Assembly (NCBI GenBank): GCA_052426225.1 | Contig: JBNJNM010000006.1 | Coordinates: 1,054,001 to 1,118,000, forward strand | Direction of reading: 5' to 3' | Length of the DNA stretch: 64,000 bases | Origin: Zancudomyces culisetae HAW-14-8 | Taxonomy: Eukaryota; Fungi; Kickxellomycota | Shown: in pieces, positions 50,654 through 61,534 of the stretch | Layout of the letters: each line of letters starts with the position of its first letter | Numbering within the stretch: the stretch's first letter is position 1 | The notes under the pieces: generated by a model | Databases searched by the model: none | Told to the model about the DNA's origin: nothing | Seen by the model: only the letters and a program-made list of their open reading frames with translations | Program-made: the position numbers and the translations under genes

Positions 50654-51673
50654 AGCATTTCCGGCAGTATATTTTATTATGACTTTTAAAGATATTGTAG
50701 CTACTCTCTTTATTTATTGAATAAGGTATGTAGCCTGTAACTTCTGAATGGAGTCTTTATGCCAACTTATAATAGTCTTTGATTCATTTTCTCACAACTC
50801 TACCTCTCTTCGATCTTTATTAGAACAATCGAATACCTAAAAGAATGAAATGGGTAAATGCCACAGTGCTCTCTTTTAGGTTAGCTACCCCTTATTATGG
50901 ATAATTTTAACAATTTAATCAGCGGATGCTGTGCTTTTACAGGTGCAAAAGTAATTGAGTTTCTCGACGCTACCACATTTAACTTTTATGGAATTATCAT
51001 TTCAGACGAGTTTGGAAAAGAAGTGTTTTGAAGAAACACATTTTCCACGCGAAGTTTAAGTATATAGAAGTGGAACATTCCGATGTATAATGTATTTCCA
51101 GAGCCAATAGACAGCGAGGACTACACCAAGAGATGTGTATACTATTTCTTTTTTTCTCGAAAAGAATAATGCACAAAAATGAAATCAAGACCATTAATGG
51201 TAATAGTTCATGAGTATCTATGTGCTTTGAACTTTTCTTGGTCTAAACAAATGTGTTGCTCGCCATTTTGAACGTTTATATTTTCAGCCTTTCCTTTTTA
51301 ATCTACTCCTCAAATAAATTTCGTTGCTTTATGTTGAAAAACGATACAAACTTGTCTTTTTATTATTATGACAGGTAAACAGGTGTTACAGGTTGACTGA
51401 GTTAAGCAGTTTTGGGGGGAAGATTGAGTAGAAAAACTGGAATTCAAGTAATGTGGGTCTGAGTTTGCACTAGCGTTATTCATCTTGGTATAACTAAATA
51501 AACTATATTCATCATTTCAGTCTGACTTGTCTATTCATCTATTAGAGGGCATTAGCATCGAAAATAAATTCATAAAGCAAAGAAATGTATAAATATCGAT
51601 GTCTGAGAATGTAGTTAGCATGGTGTCATTTTCAGATTTAAATTGAATCATTAAGAAAAAAAAGAAATTCAAA

Positions 51674-52513
51674 ATGAGTAGATTGATTAGTGGAAACATC
51701 TTAATAGCCTTGCTCGTATTCTTTTCGGTGTACTTTTGCCTGGGACATGTGCTCGAGCCCCAGTACGGACTCAACGAAGAATTAACCCAAGAAGCAGTGG
51801 ATACTGATTCAACATGCCCAAACAATGTAATGTCTTGTACAAGAACTGATGTGAATTCCTGTTGCAGTCCAAAATATGGATTGCTTGTTTTGTCTCTACA
51901 GTGGGATTTGCACCATGGACCAAGCGAAAAGTTCACAATTCATGGGCTTTGGCCATCCAGGTGTGATAAGGAGCGTACACCAAAGGACGGATGTGATAGC
52001 AGTAGAACTGTGGATAAGGTGGACGATATAATTATGAACCTGAACAGAACGTTATATAGCGAGATGAAAAGCCTTTGGCCTTCGAACAAAGGCAATGACA
52101 ATAAATTTTGGGTTCACGAATGGAATAAACATGGAACGTGTGTTACAACGCTAGACCCAAACTGCTATGATAAAGATAAATACGTGAATGGAACGGACAA
52201 AATCGATTACTTTGCAACAGTAGTGGAGTTATCAAAAAAATACAATGTATATGAGTATTTAAAGAAGCATGATATTGTCCCGGTCCCGAGAGAAACCAAT
52301 GGGAATCCACCTACAAAAAGATACAAGCCGGAAGAGTTTATAGGCGCGATTGAGGCGGAGTTTGGGTTTAAACCAAGTTTAACATGTGGAAGGGGTGGAA
52401 AACTGATGGAGGTCCGATTGTTTTTCCATGTTAAAAACAAAGATGTGTACATGCCTATGGGTTCAGTGGGTAAAAGCACATGCGATAGTATATTATATCA
52501 GGAAAGGTTTTGA
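51674..52513 (+). CDS. Ribonuclease T2, intronless copy (279 aa)
   Basis: Signal/anchor N-terminus, fungal SC....SCC.P motif, CAS I FTIHGLWP and CAS II FWVHEWNKHGTC. Confidence 0.97.
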   Translation: MSRLISGNILIALLVFFSVYFCLGHVLEPQYGLNEELTQEAVDTDSTCPNNVMSCTRTDVNSCCSPKYGLLVLSLQWDLHHGPSEKFTIHGLWPSRCDKERTPKDGCDSSRTVDKVDDIIMNLNRTLYSEMKSLWPSNKGNDNKFWVHEWNKHGTCVTTLDPNCYDKDKYVNGTDKIDYFATVVELSKKYNVYEYLKKHDIVPVPRETNGNPPTKRYKPEEFIGAIEAEFGFKPSLTCGRGGKLMEVRLFFHVKNKDVYMPMGSVGKSTCDSILYQERF

Positions 52514-54089
52514 ATAGGGGGATGGTTGTGTCTTCTTCTGGTATGAATGAGGAGTTGCTATTTTATAGTTATTGATAGCGAATATTTGTAGTTTCCTGAA
52601 TAAAGTCATAGTGTTACTGAATGTGCGAGGGAGTAGTTTTAATTTGAAAGTTGACTTGAGCTAATTTTAATTATTAGAAGTGCCTTGTTGAGATCAATAT
52701 TTATTTTCAGTACAGTTGAATTGTTTTAAAATAACATATTCGGCAAGTAGTTACAAAGTGTTTATCGTATTATCGAGGACAAATTGTAGCTGCATTAAAT
52801 GGTGCTTCGATTCGGAATAACAAACTCTTAGAATCACTTTTTTTGCGTAACTAAACCTTATTCTACTTGTTCACACATATACATGAAAATCGTGGGTATT
52901 CGATGTTTCTCAATTGTAATAGTTTGTCCAAACTAAATCCTAAAAGATTAACCTTTTTCAATAAGATTAAAGAATATAGGAGTCATTCGCACAGTCGTTG
53001 ACTTGAACCGATCCTTCAGTTCTGAACTGGGCAAATTTAAAACAAGTTTTAAAGACGTATTCAATAACTGAAAGTTAGAATTTGACTTAATCAGCTGTGG
53101 CTTGTTTAATGTTTTCTCTAGGAAATTTATATAAGCTAGGTTAAATATACTACCACGAGGGTATTAGACCTGTTAGCTTGTCAAAGGTGTTAAATTATAA
53201 ACAAAACAAGATAGCTGATATGCACTATCTAAGTAAGTGTGATTTATAGAGGATTGTGTAGTTGAGCGAAAACAATGTTTTTTTTTGCACAATGAATTGT
53301 ATAACAAATACCACAAAAGCCCCTAAAACAAATGGTCTGTGATATCTATCCGACCTACCACTCGCTGTTTCTCTAGGGATCTATTACCTATCAGGTTTTG
53401 GTCCAAGAAACTATGAATCCAAGAGAGGCTATCTGCTTTTTTTGCTATTTTTCCCAGTAAAAAATTTACCGTTCAGTTCTGTATGAATTAGGCGGTCTTA
53501 GGTGGTTAGATATAGTAATGTATCGAGGAGTGATGTCAGGGTTTACTAAAATCCTCGCTCGGAAATACTTGCTTTGATTTAACGAGAAAAAGTGCGTTAT
53601 AGTTTAGAGATCTAAACACTTGGAATTGAATGGAACGTGTTTTGAGGATGGTGATGTGTTAAGGTCATTCGGAAAAATTAAGGGGGGAAATTGCGCACGC
53701 AATTGGAACTCAGCTGTTGGAAAAAAAAGCTTGAAATATTTTAATGTGGATTTGAGGTTTCAGATTACCCAATTAAATGATACACACAATTGAATGCCAC
53801 CACTCTAAGATACAATGTGAATTGTATTGCTTAAAATTGCTTAAGCTAATACCAAGCCAGCAAACCAAAATTCAGGTTTAGTTGGCTTGGATTTGCGCTA
53901 AAACTCGTTTATCTAAGCAAAGCCAAAAACAATACTTGTTTATTCGTAACAATGTGACTAGTTTGTTCTATTTTTTTTATCAATAGTGTTAACACCGTAA
54001 ATACATTAATAAAGCGGGAAAGGGAGGTATAAATACTGACGTTTGTATAATTGAATTATCAAGCAGAAACGAAAGAGACGAATAATAAA

Positions 54090-55360
54090 ATGAGTAGAGT
54101 GATTGATGGGAACGTGTTTGTAACGATATTTTTTGTATGCTTTTCTGTATACTTTTGCCTGAGATATGTGCTCGATTTTCAACGTGGGAATAATGGGAAG
54201 GGGATTGAAAGAAATAAAACTACAGATTTGCAGTGTCCGATCGATATTATATCTTGTGCAAAAAGCGATATAAATACTTGTTGCAGCCCAAAATATGGGT
54301 TGCTTGTTTTGGCTCTACAGGTAGGCCCTTTCTATTAAACGGCTATGTTTTTTTTCTCAGTTTATTTGCATTTATTTACAGTCTAGTTTCAACTACTCTT
54401 TTGTGGGTATTGAAGACTATACTCTACGCTTTCTGGTATTTTACCGAGAAAGTATATGTTGCAAACTTTTCGTTTTGCGTAAAAAAAGGGAGGATGAGGA
54501 TAAGTATATGAGGAGATAAGGGTGTTAATGTGTCAATACTGAAAATATAGTGGGACTTAAACTATGGGCCAAGCGAGCAGTTCACAATCCACGGGCTTTG
54601 GCCGGATAAATGGTAACTAAGCATGTTTTTACAGCCACATGATTGTACAAAACTTTCCAAAGATTAATATTTAATCAATGGTAGATATACTAAAAGTACA
54701 TAATTTAACTACTAGTGACGGAACATTTGCACCAAGAAACGGATGTGATAGCAGTAGAAACGTGGATAGGATAGATAATACAATTTTAAAGATGAACAGG
54801 ACGCTATATAATGAAATGAAAAGCCTTTGGCCCTCAAACAAGGGTGACGATAATAAGTTTTGGTACGTATTTTGAATTTTTAGAACTATTACTAGTCGAA
54901 GAGTTGGGTGAGTGCAAAGAGTAGGAACTTATATAGATTTGTGCGTGTATATTTACTTAGGGTTCATGAATGGAATAAGCATGGAACGTGTGTTACAACA
55001 CTAGATCCGAAATGTTATGATGGAGACGAGTACGTGGATGGGATGGATAAAATCGACTACTTTGCAAAGGTGGTGGAATTAACAAAAAAGTATAATGTGT
55101 ATGAGTATCTAAAGAAACACGGTGTCGTTCCAATTCCGAGAGAGAGCAATGGAAAGCCACCCAAGAGAAGATACAAGTTAGCAGACTTTACGGATGCAAT
55201 TGAAGCTGAATTTGGGTTCAAACCAAACGTATTCTGCGTTGGGGCAAGATTGATGGAGGTCCGATTGTTTTTCTTGGTTAAGAACAAGGACGTGTATGTG
55301 CCTACATATGCGAGGGGCAAAAGTACGTGTAGAAGTATAATATATCAGGAAAGGTTCTAA
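54090..55360 (+). CDS. Ribonuclease T2, 4-exon copy (54090-54320, 54551-54612, 54716-54862, 54961-55360)
   Basis: Three GT-AG introns. The spliced product restores LQ|WD, FTIHGLWPDKC|DG and KFW|VHEWNKHGTC, and ends in YQERF like the upstream copy. Confidence 0.95.
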
Positions 55361-56148
55361 ACAGAGATTGTGGTTGTGTTTTATGATCGATATGAATGAA
55401 TAGTTGTTATTTCATAGTTATTGATAGGAAAGATATGTAGTTTTCTGAATAACTTTTAGCTAGCACAATATTTGAATAAAGTCATGGTATGGCTGAATGT
55501 GAGTGAGAGGCATTTTAATTTGAGGGCTAGTTTGAGCTAATTTTAATCTTAGCAAATGATTTGTTGAGGTTGAATATTTTTTTCCTAATCAGTAATTGTT
55601 TCAAAACCGCTTTTTATGGATTGAACGAATAAACAAAAAAAGTAATATCCTGCAAACGTGACAAAGAGGACGAGGTAAAAAAAATAAACTGCCTGGGGAG
55701 TTGCAAATAATAGGATTGTAGATAAATTTTTTTTATTCCATTTTTTTTTGTTATTTTCAAGATAAAATTGGAAAGAGCAAAAATATTTATCACTTTTGGG
55801 AAACTGGTTTCTGATACACCAAAAATACATCAAGTGCGATATTTTTAATACCCAGTTTGTTTTTTGGTAGGAAAAAACAAAGAGATTATCAACGAACGAC
55901 GTGGATTTGCTTTTCAGATACAAGTGGGTGTGATTGGACCTAGTACTAGGTAAGACATGGGAATAGCAAGTTTAATTGTCATTTTTAGCTTGTTGATTTA
56001 GTGGGTAATCCTGCCTTTTTAAATTGGGACGATAAGATTGTTTCAAAGCAAAATATCAGATGCTATCCAAAGTGTCGGTAGAAAAGTGGAAATAGATAAA
56101 GAATGAATAAAAACTGAAAGACGAATAACTGAAAAATAGATTTGAAAC

Positions 56149-57579
56149 ATGATGATTCAGGGCTTCAAGAATAAACTAATAAAAACACAAGGCGTCCAAG
56201 GATTGGCAAGGGGACTCGCTTCAGCAGCAGCAGCGACACCATCGCCACGCACATACGGAGGATTGAAGGATCAAGACAGAATCTTTACCAATGTGTATGG
56301 GCGATACGATTTTAAATTGAAGGGCGCCCTGAAAAGAGGAGATTGGTACAAGACCAAAGAGATAATCCATAAAGGAGAGGATTGGATACTTAAGGAAATT
56401 AAAGATTCAGGACTAAGAGGACGAGGAGGAGCAGGTTTTCCAAGTGGATTGAAATGGAGTTTTATGGGTAAGAGCTCACCAGGACGAAAGAGATATCTAG
56501 TGATCAATGCGGATGAGGGAGAGCCAGGAACATGCAAGGACAGAGAGATATTGCGACACGAGCCACACAAGCTAGTTGAGGGATGTTTGTTGGCAGGACG
56601 AGCAATGTTGGCCAACGCGGCGTATATTTACATTCGAGGAGAGTTTGTTCAAGAAGCAAACAACGTCCAAACAGCGATAGACGAGGCATACAAGGCTGGG
56701 CTAATTGGAAAGAATGCGTGTGAGTCCGGATATGACTTTGATGTCTATTTGGTAAGAGGAGCAGGAGCATATATTTGTGGAGAAGAAACAGCATTGATTG
56801 AGTCGATTGAAGGCAAGCAAGGCAAGCCACGCCTTAAGCCGCCATTCCCAGCTGACACAGGTCTGTTTGGATGTCCAACAACAGTTTCAAATGTCGAGAC
56901 AGTAGCTGTAGCACCAACAATTCTGAGAAGAGGTGGATCATGGTTTGCTGGATTTGGTGCACCACGCAACTCAGGCACTAAACTGTTTTGCATCTCTGGT
57001 CACGTCAACAATCCTTGCACTGTCGAAGAAGAAATGAGCATTCCTCTGCGTGAGCTGCTTGAGCGACACTGTGGTGGTATCCGTGGTGGATGGGACAATC
57101 TACTCGCTATTATTCCAGGTGGTTCGTCTGTGCCTCTGCTGCCAAAGCACGACTGTGAGGTAGCAGCAATGGATTTTGATTCGCTGCGTGACTTGCAGTC
57201 TGGTCTTGGTACTGCTGCAGTCATTGTAATGGACAAATCTGTCGACATTGTTGCCGCCATCGCAAGATTGTCTGCCTTTTACCGTCACGAATCATGTGGC
57301 CAATGCACACCATGCAGAGAAGGAACCACCTGGCTCGACAACATGATGACCAGATTTGTTGCTGGAAATGGCCATGTTGACGAAATCAACCAGCTGATGG
57401 AACTCACCAAGCAAATCGAGGGCAACACTATCTGTGCTCTTGGTGATGCTGCTGCCTGGCCTGTCCAGGGTCTAATCAGACACTTTAGGCCTGAGTTGGA
57501 AAGGAGATTGAAGTCCGGTGACCGTGATGCTGTCTTGAAGGACATTTACGTTCCAAATAACTATTCCGTCACTTTCTGA
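56149..57579 (+). CDS. NDUFV1: NADH:ubiquinone oxidoreductase 51-kDa subunit (complex I), mitochondrial precursor
   Basis: [77 protein letters not shown]. Confidence 0.99.
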   Translation: MMIQGFKNKLIKTQGVQGLARGLASAAAATPSPRTYGGLKDQDRIFTNVYGRYDFKLKGALKRGDWYKTKEIIHKGEDWILKEIKDSGLRGRGGAGFPSGLKWSFMGKSSPGRKRYLVINADEGEPGTCKDREILRHEPHKLVEGCLLAGRAMLANAAYIYIRGEFVQEANNVQTAIDEAYKAGLIGKNACESGYDFDVYLVRGAGAYICGEETALIESIEGKQGKPRLKPPFPADTGLFGCPTTVSNVETVAVAPTILRRGGSWFAGFGAPRNSGTKLFCISGHVNNPCTVEEEMSIPLRELLERHCGGIRGGWDNLLAIIPGGSSVPLLPKHDCEVAAMDFDSLRDLQSGLGTAAVIVMDKSVDIVAAIARLSAFYRHESCGQCTPCREGTTWLDNMMTRFVAGNGHVDEINQLMELTKQIEGNTICALGDAAAWPVQGLIRHFRPELERRLKSGDRDAVLKDIYVPNNYSVTF

Positions 57580-58110
57580 TTTCTTTTATCCAATGTTATT
57601 TTCTTTTTTTCGCTTACATTTTCCCATAACATTAAAATAAACTTTACACTATTTACCACCCCCTACCCCCTACCCCTTACCTCTTACCCCCATCCTTGTT
57701 AGCAGCCTGCTGTTTTTTAACATCTTGCGCACTCTCCCACTCATTAGTTTGCATTTGTAATCTTTGGTTCATGCTATTGCTAATGTGTCCTTTTTTGTTC
57801 CATAAAAAAATGAACTTCCATGTTCATAGCCAATAAACATCAGAAACTTTATCCTCATTCTCATTTTTTTTCGCTGCACTAGAATTCCTGATTTTCGGAT
57901 TACTAATACATTTTGTTTCCAAGTTTTGCAGACCCTTTTTCTTTCCTTATTTTCTTTTTTCATCCAGAAATACATTGTGAGCAACAATCATTTACTACAC
58001 CCTATTTATTTTATGCAAGCTAAATAAAGACGATAGGAAAAAAAAACACAAGGCGAAGGAATATATTTCCAAGAAAAAAAAACAACAGAATACAACCATC
58101 TAGAGGAAAT

Positions 58111-59411
58111 ATGCTCGAATTGATCAAACCAAATAACAAGGTGCTCGTTCTCTCACTCGTTGACAACAGCACACAGCAACAATTCCAGGAATTCTTTAAC
58201 GCTGTTAGAGAAAAGCTGGCAGCTCAAGCTGGATCAGAAGGTCATGCCGATTTCGAACAATTGTCGCGTTTCGATTACTCTTCTTTTGCGGCTACAAAGG
58301 CTGGCTACTACGACTTGATTTACTATGCTCCAGTAGTCAATGTTAACGATACCAACAGCACCAACATCGATGGTAACAATCTGAAGCTTTTGGCCAAGTG
58401 TTTGAAACCAGGTGGTACGATCTCTCTTCAATTTGCTCAAGATTCTAAGCTTACTAACGGCTCCAGTGCTGATAACGATCAAAAATGTACCAGTGGCAAC
58501 GGAACCGGGAGATGCGGTGGTGCATTCTGCGATAAATTGCGCATTTCAGGCTTTACCAACATCAAATGCAATTCCAAAGTACCTAATGGTGAGAATGGTG
58601 ATGCCAGCTCTGCTTTGATCCAAGTACGTTTACGTTAAATTAACTCCCTACAATTTTACTTGACACATTCTATGTATTATACATGCTGTATTGGTACAAT
58701 TTATACTAACGAAAAAGAAAACTGCTTTTAAATCATTTCTTAGATTTCTGCTGAAAAATCAACACTTGGTGTTGGGGCAGGAAGAGCCCTTAACTTGAAT
58801 AAACTGCAGAATGCAAATTCAGATATTATGGCGATAAAATCACTGCTAGTATCTGCTGATAATACCCGCGCAGCAGGAGCAGGCGCAGGTGAAGAGGACG
58901 ATGATGAGTTCATCGATGAAAACGACCTTTTGGATGAACAAGACTATGTTAAACCAACGCCTGAATCACTAGCGCGTAAGTTTTATTTTTGTTTTATTTT
59001 ACTTTGTTTTTTGTTATGAGCTAGTATGGCACCAACACAAGGGGAATATAATTACTACATTTTTTTTTGTTTTGTGCTAACTCTTTGTCTTTTCTTCTAC
59101 TTTATTACTTGGAAATAGGTCCTGGTGATGAAAAGTCAAAACGAAGGGCCTGTAAAAACTGTACATGTGGATTAGCCGAACTAGAAGATGCAGCAGAGGC
59201 AGAACTGGGCGCAGATGGAGCTAACGGCGATGGCGGAAAATCATCGGCCAAAGTCACCTTGGATAATTTGAAGGACTTCAAATCATCATGTGGAAATTGT
59301 AGCTTGGGAGATGCCTTTAGATGCTCTACATGTCCCTATCTCGGAATGCCAGCATTCAAGCCAGGCGAAGAGATCCAGCTATCTGGAATCATGGCGGATG
59401 ATGATATTTAG
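58111..59411 (+). CDS. DRE2: Fe-S cluster assembly protein Dre2/anamorsin; 3 exons (58111-58623, 58744-58975, 59119-59411)
   Basis: Methyltransferase-like N-domain (LKPGG...SGF), acidic linker [54 protein letters not shown]. Confidence 0.96.
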
Positions 59412-61534
59412 ATGCCCTTTATCTTTGTTCACTACATTTCTTTTCTAGTTTAGTGTTTCATTTAGTACTTTAGTATTTGTTTGTTGCTGAAAAAAAAAAA
59501 ACAAAAAGTAAATTTTATCTAGGGGGAAAACCCCCGGTATGATTTCGCCGTATTTGTGCTGTACCAGGGTAGGACTGGTTGGTCTTAAGTGAGCAATGGG
59601 TTGTTTGGGTTGAAGTAAATTGAACTTGTAAGTGCCATTAAGCGAGCAAAGCCAGGGCGAGGGACCTCATTTTTTCTATCTCATTATGCATATAAATCCG
59701 ATTTTTAATAAAAGTTATATGTAAAGCATATACAAGCCCATATTCATATTATCGTACACACATGACTACATTAACTATTATATTCATGTGAATGTAGACA
59801 GCTCAGCAATTGAGATATTGTATTGGAACTGATGGAGCATGAATAAGAAAAAGTTTTTTTTTGTTATCAAGTCACAGCTTCATTTCTCATTCCTCCTCCC
59901 CAACCTCAAATGAATTATATAATAATGTGCTATTTCGCCTACCAATGTAATGCACTTAAATGATTATCTAATCAGCAACTACAAACAGTTTGCCTTATTT
60001 GCACGCGCTTTAGATACTTTTTGTCATTGCGACTGAAAGAGCAAATGTGAAAAACGTATACTCGTATATACCACTGAATATATTTGCGGAAGTGGGGCTG
60101 ATCATAGCCATGGAATGTGTAGGGGCTCATATTGTAGCTGAATACGGTGGGATGCTGTGTTGGGTTAAGGCTAACGTCCTATTTGAAGCTGTAGAGGAAT
60201 GAAGTTGTACCAAGTGTACAATACCTAAATTTATAGGAGCCAGGATGTTTATAGCTAATATTGCCTAACTGTCCTATATTCCACTCCTTTTTACAACCAC
60301 AAGAAATGAAAGCTGTAAATATATTTCTTATCTTTTTCCTCAAAGGTCAGGGCCACTTACTATCAAATTAAATTAATGGACAAAAGAAAAAGAATGTTCA
60401 TTGTTATGTAACGGCCTCCAATGGGCTTGACCTTTACCTTTTTTGCTATTTTTTGGTCTATATACAAGTTAACAGTTAGTAATGCGTTTACTGTTGCTAA
60501 TTTTGGCAAATGAAAGGAAAGAAAGCGGGACTGGGGTGCTATGAACATGTTCCTTACACCCATCGATTCTATCGATAACGCCGATATGTTTGCACATTAT
60601 GACTGAGTGGAAAGATATGACAGGTTGGTATAAATAGTTTGTTGGTTCTTATAATTGGTTTTAGAGTAGTAGCTGCTTGAAGTGGAGAAGTGCGGCGCTT
60701 AGCCCGCGTATGCTACCTGCTAAATAAGTCTTTACAGTTCTACACGGACATATTTGCCTGTTTATGTACAAGAGTATTTGTGATCTCCAATAAAAAGTGG
60801 TATATGGCCAAGTATGGTTTAGCAAAGAGTGCTGCATATTTACATAAATATAGTGGCATGAGCTGCTCATTTTTCTGTTTTTTCGGTTTCTTATATTCTT
60901 TTAATAGGATATTCATTCAGAATAAAGCAGCTCAACCCTTTTTTGCGGAAAAAAAGCGAGAAAAACTGGCAAAAAAAAACTCACAACCAAAAGAAACCGC
61001 TGAAAGTAGTAACGATACAATAACAAATATAGGCAATATACATGCTTACAATTAACCAGCAATAGTATTAAGAGGACTAGATATCACACCTGACAGGAAA
61101 AAACCAAAAGTATATTCTTTATTACCAACGTAGCATCAACCTGCGACTTGCGTTTTAAATCTGATCAGTTGAGCGCTTTCAATTATCAAAAAAAAAACGC
61201 TGAACCATATTAATAAAGAATCAGGTTCAGAAAATTGAGGAAAAAAAAACTTTAGGCAAATAAAAAATTTCTAAACGAAACGGCCAAATCAGAATTAAAA
61301 TACAATTACCAAATTCCAATTTTTTAAATTAATACCCTCAAAGCCGAATAAAAAATTTTGGCGACAAAAAAAAAAAGAATTGGGAAAAAGAAAACAAAAT
61401 AACGATCCTTCTTTATCAAGTTTTGAATTTTCGTTTCCACTGATTCACTTTTACAACAGATTAAAAAATTAACCACAAGAAAACAACAGTGCAGAGCAAA
61501 GGTATCTAAACCTGGCCAAAGGTAACTAAAATTA

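Noticed and set aside
52985-53035. B-box-like GGTTCAAGTC on the minus strand (possible tRNA)
   Set aside because: No cloverleaf, A box or acceptor stem could be formed.
36893-59411. Apparent heme/Fe-S theme (HRI kinase, cytochrome b5, NDUFV1, DRE2)
   Set aside because: The genes are interspersed with unrelated ones and I see no shared regulatory motif. Chance is sufficient without synteny evidence.
59521-60135. GGAAAACCCCCGG and GGGGCTCAT motifs reminiscent of the RNase MRP P4 helix
   Set aside because: The 5' motif lacks the AGU needed for P4 pairing and the spacing is too long. An Rfam scan would settle it.
59900-60870. Possible small multi-exon gene on the minus strand (TACTAAC branch point, several GT/AG sites, short open frames)
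   Set aside because: I could not join the candidate exons into one consistent frame. RNA-seq is needed.
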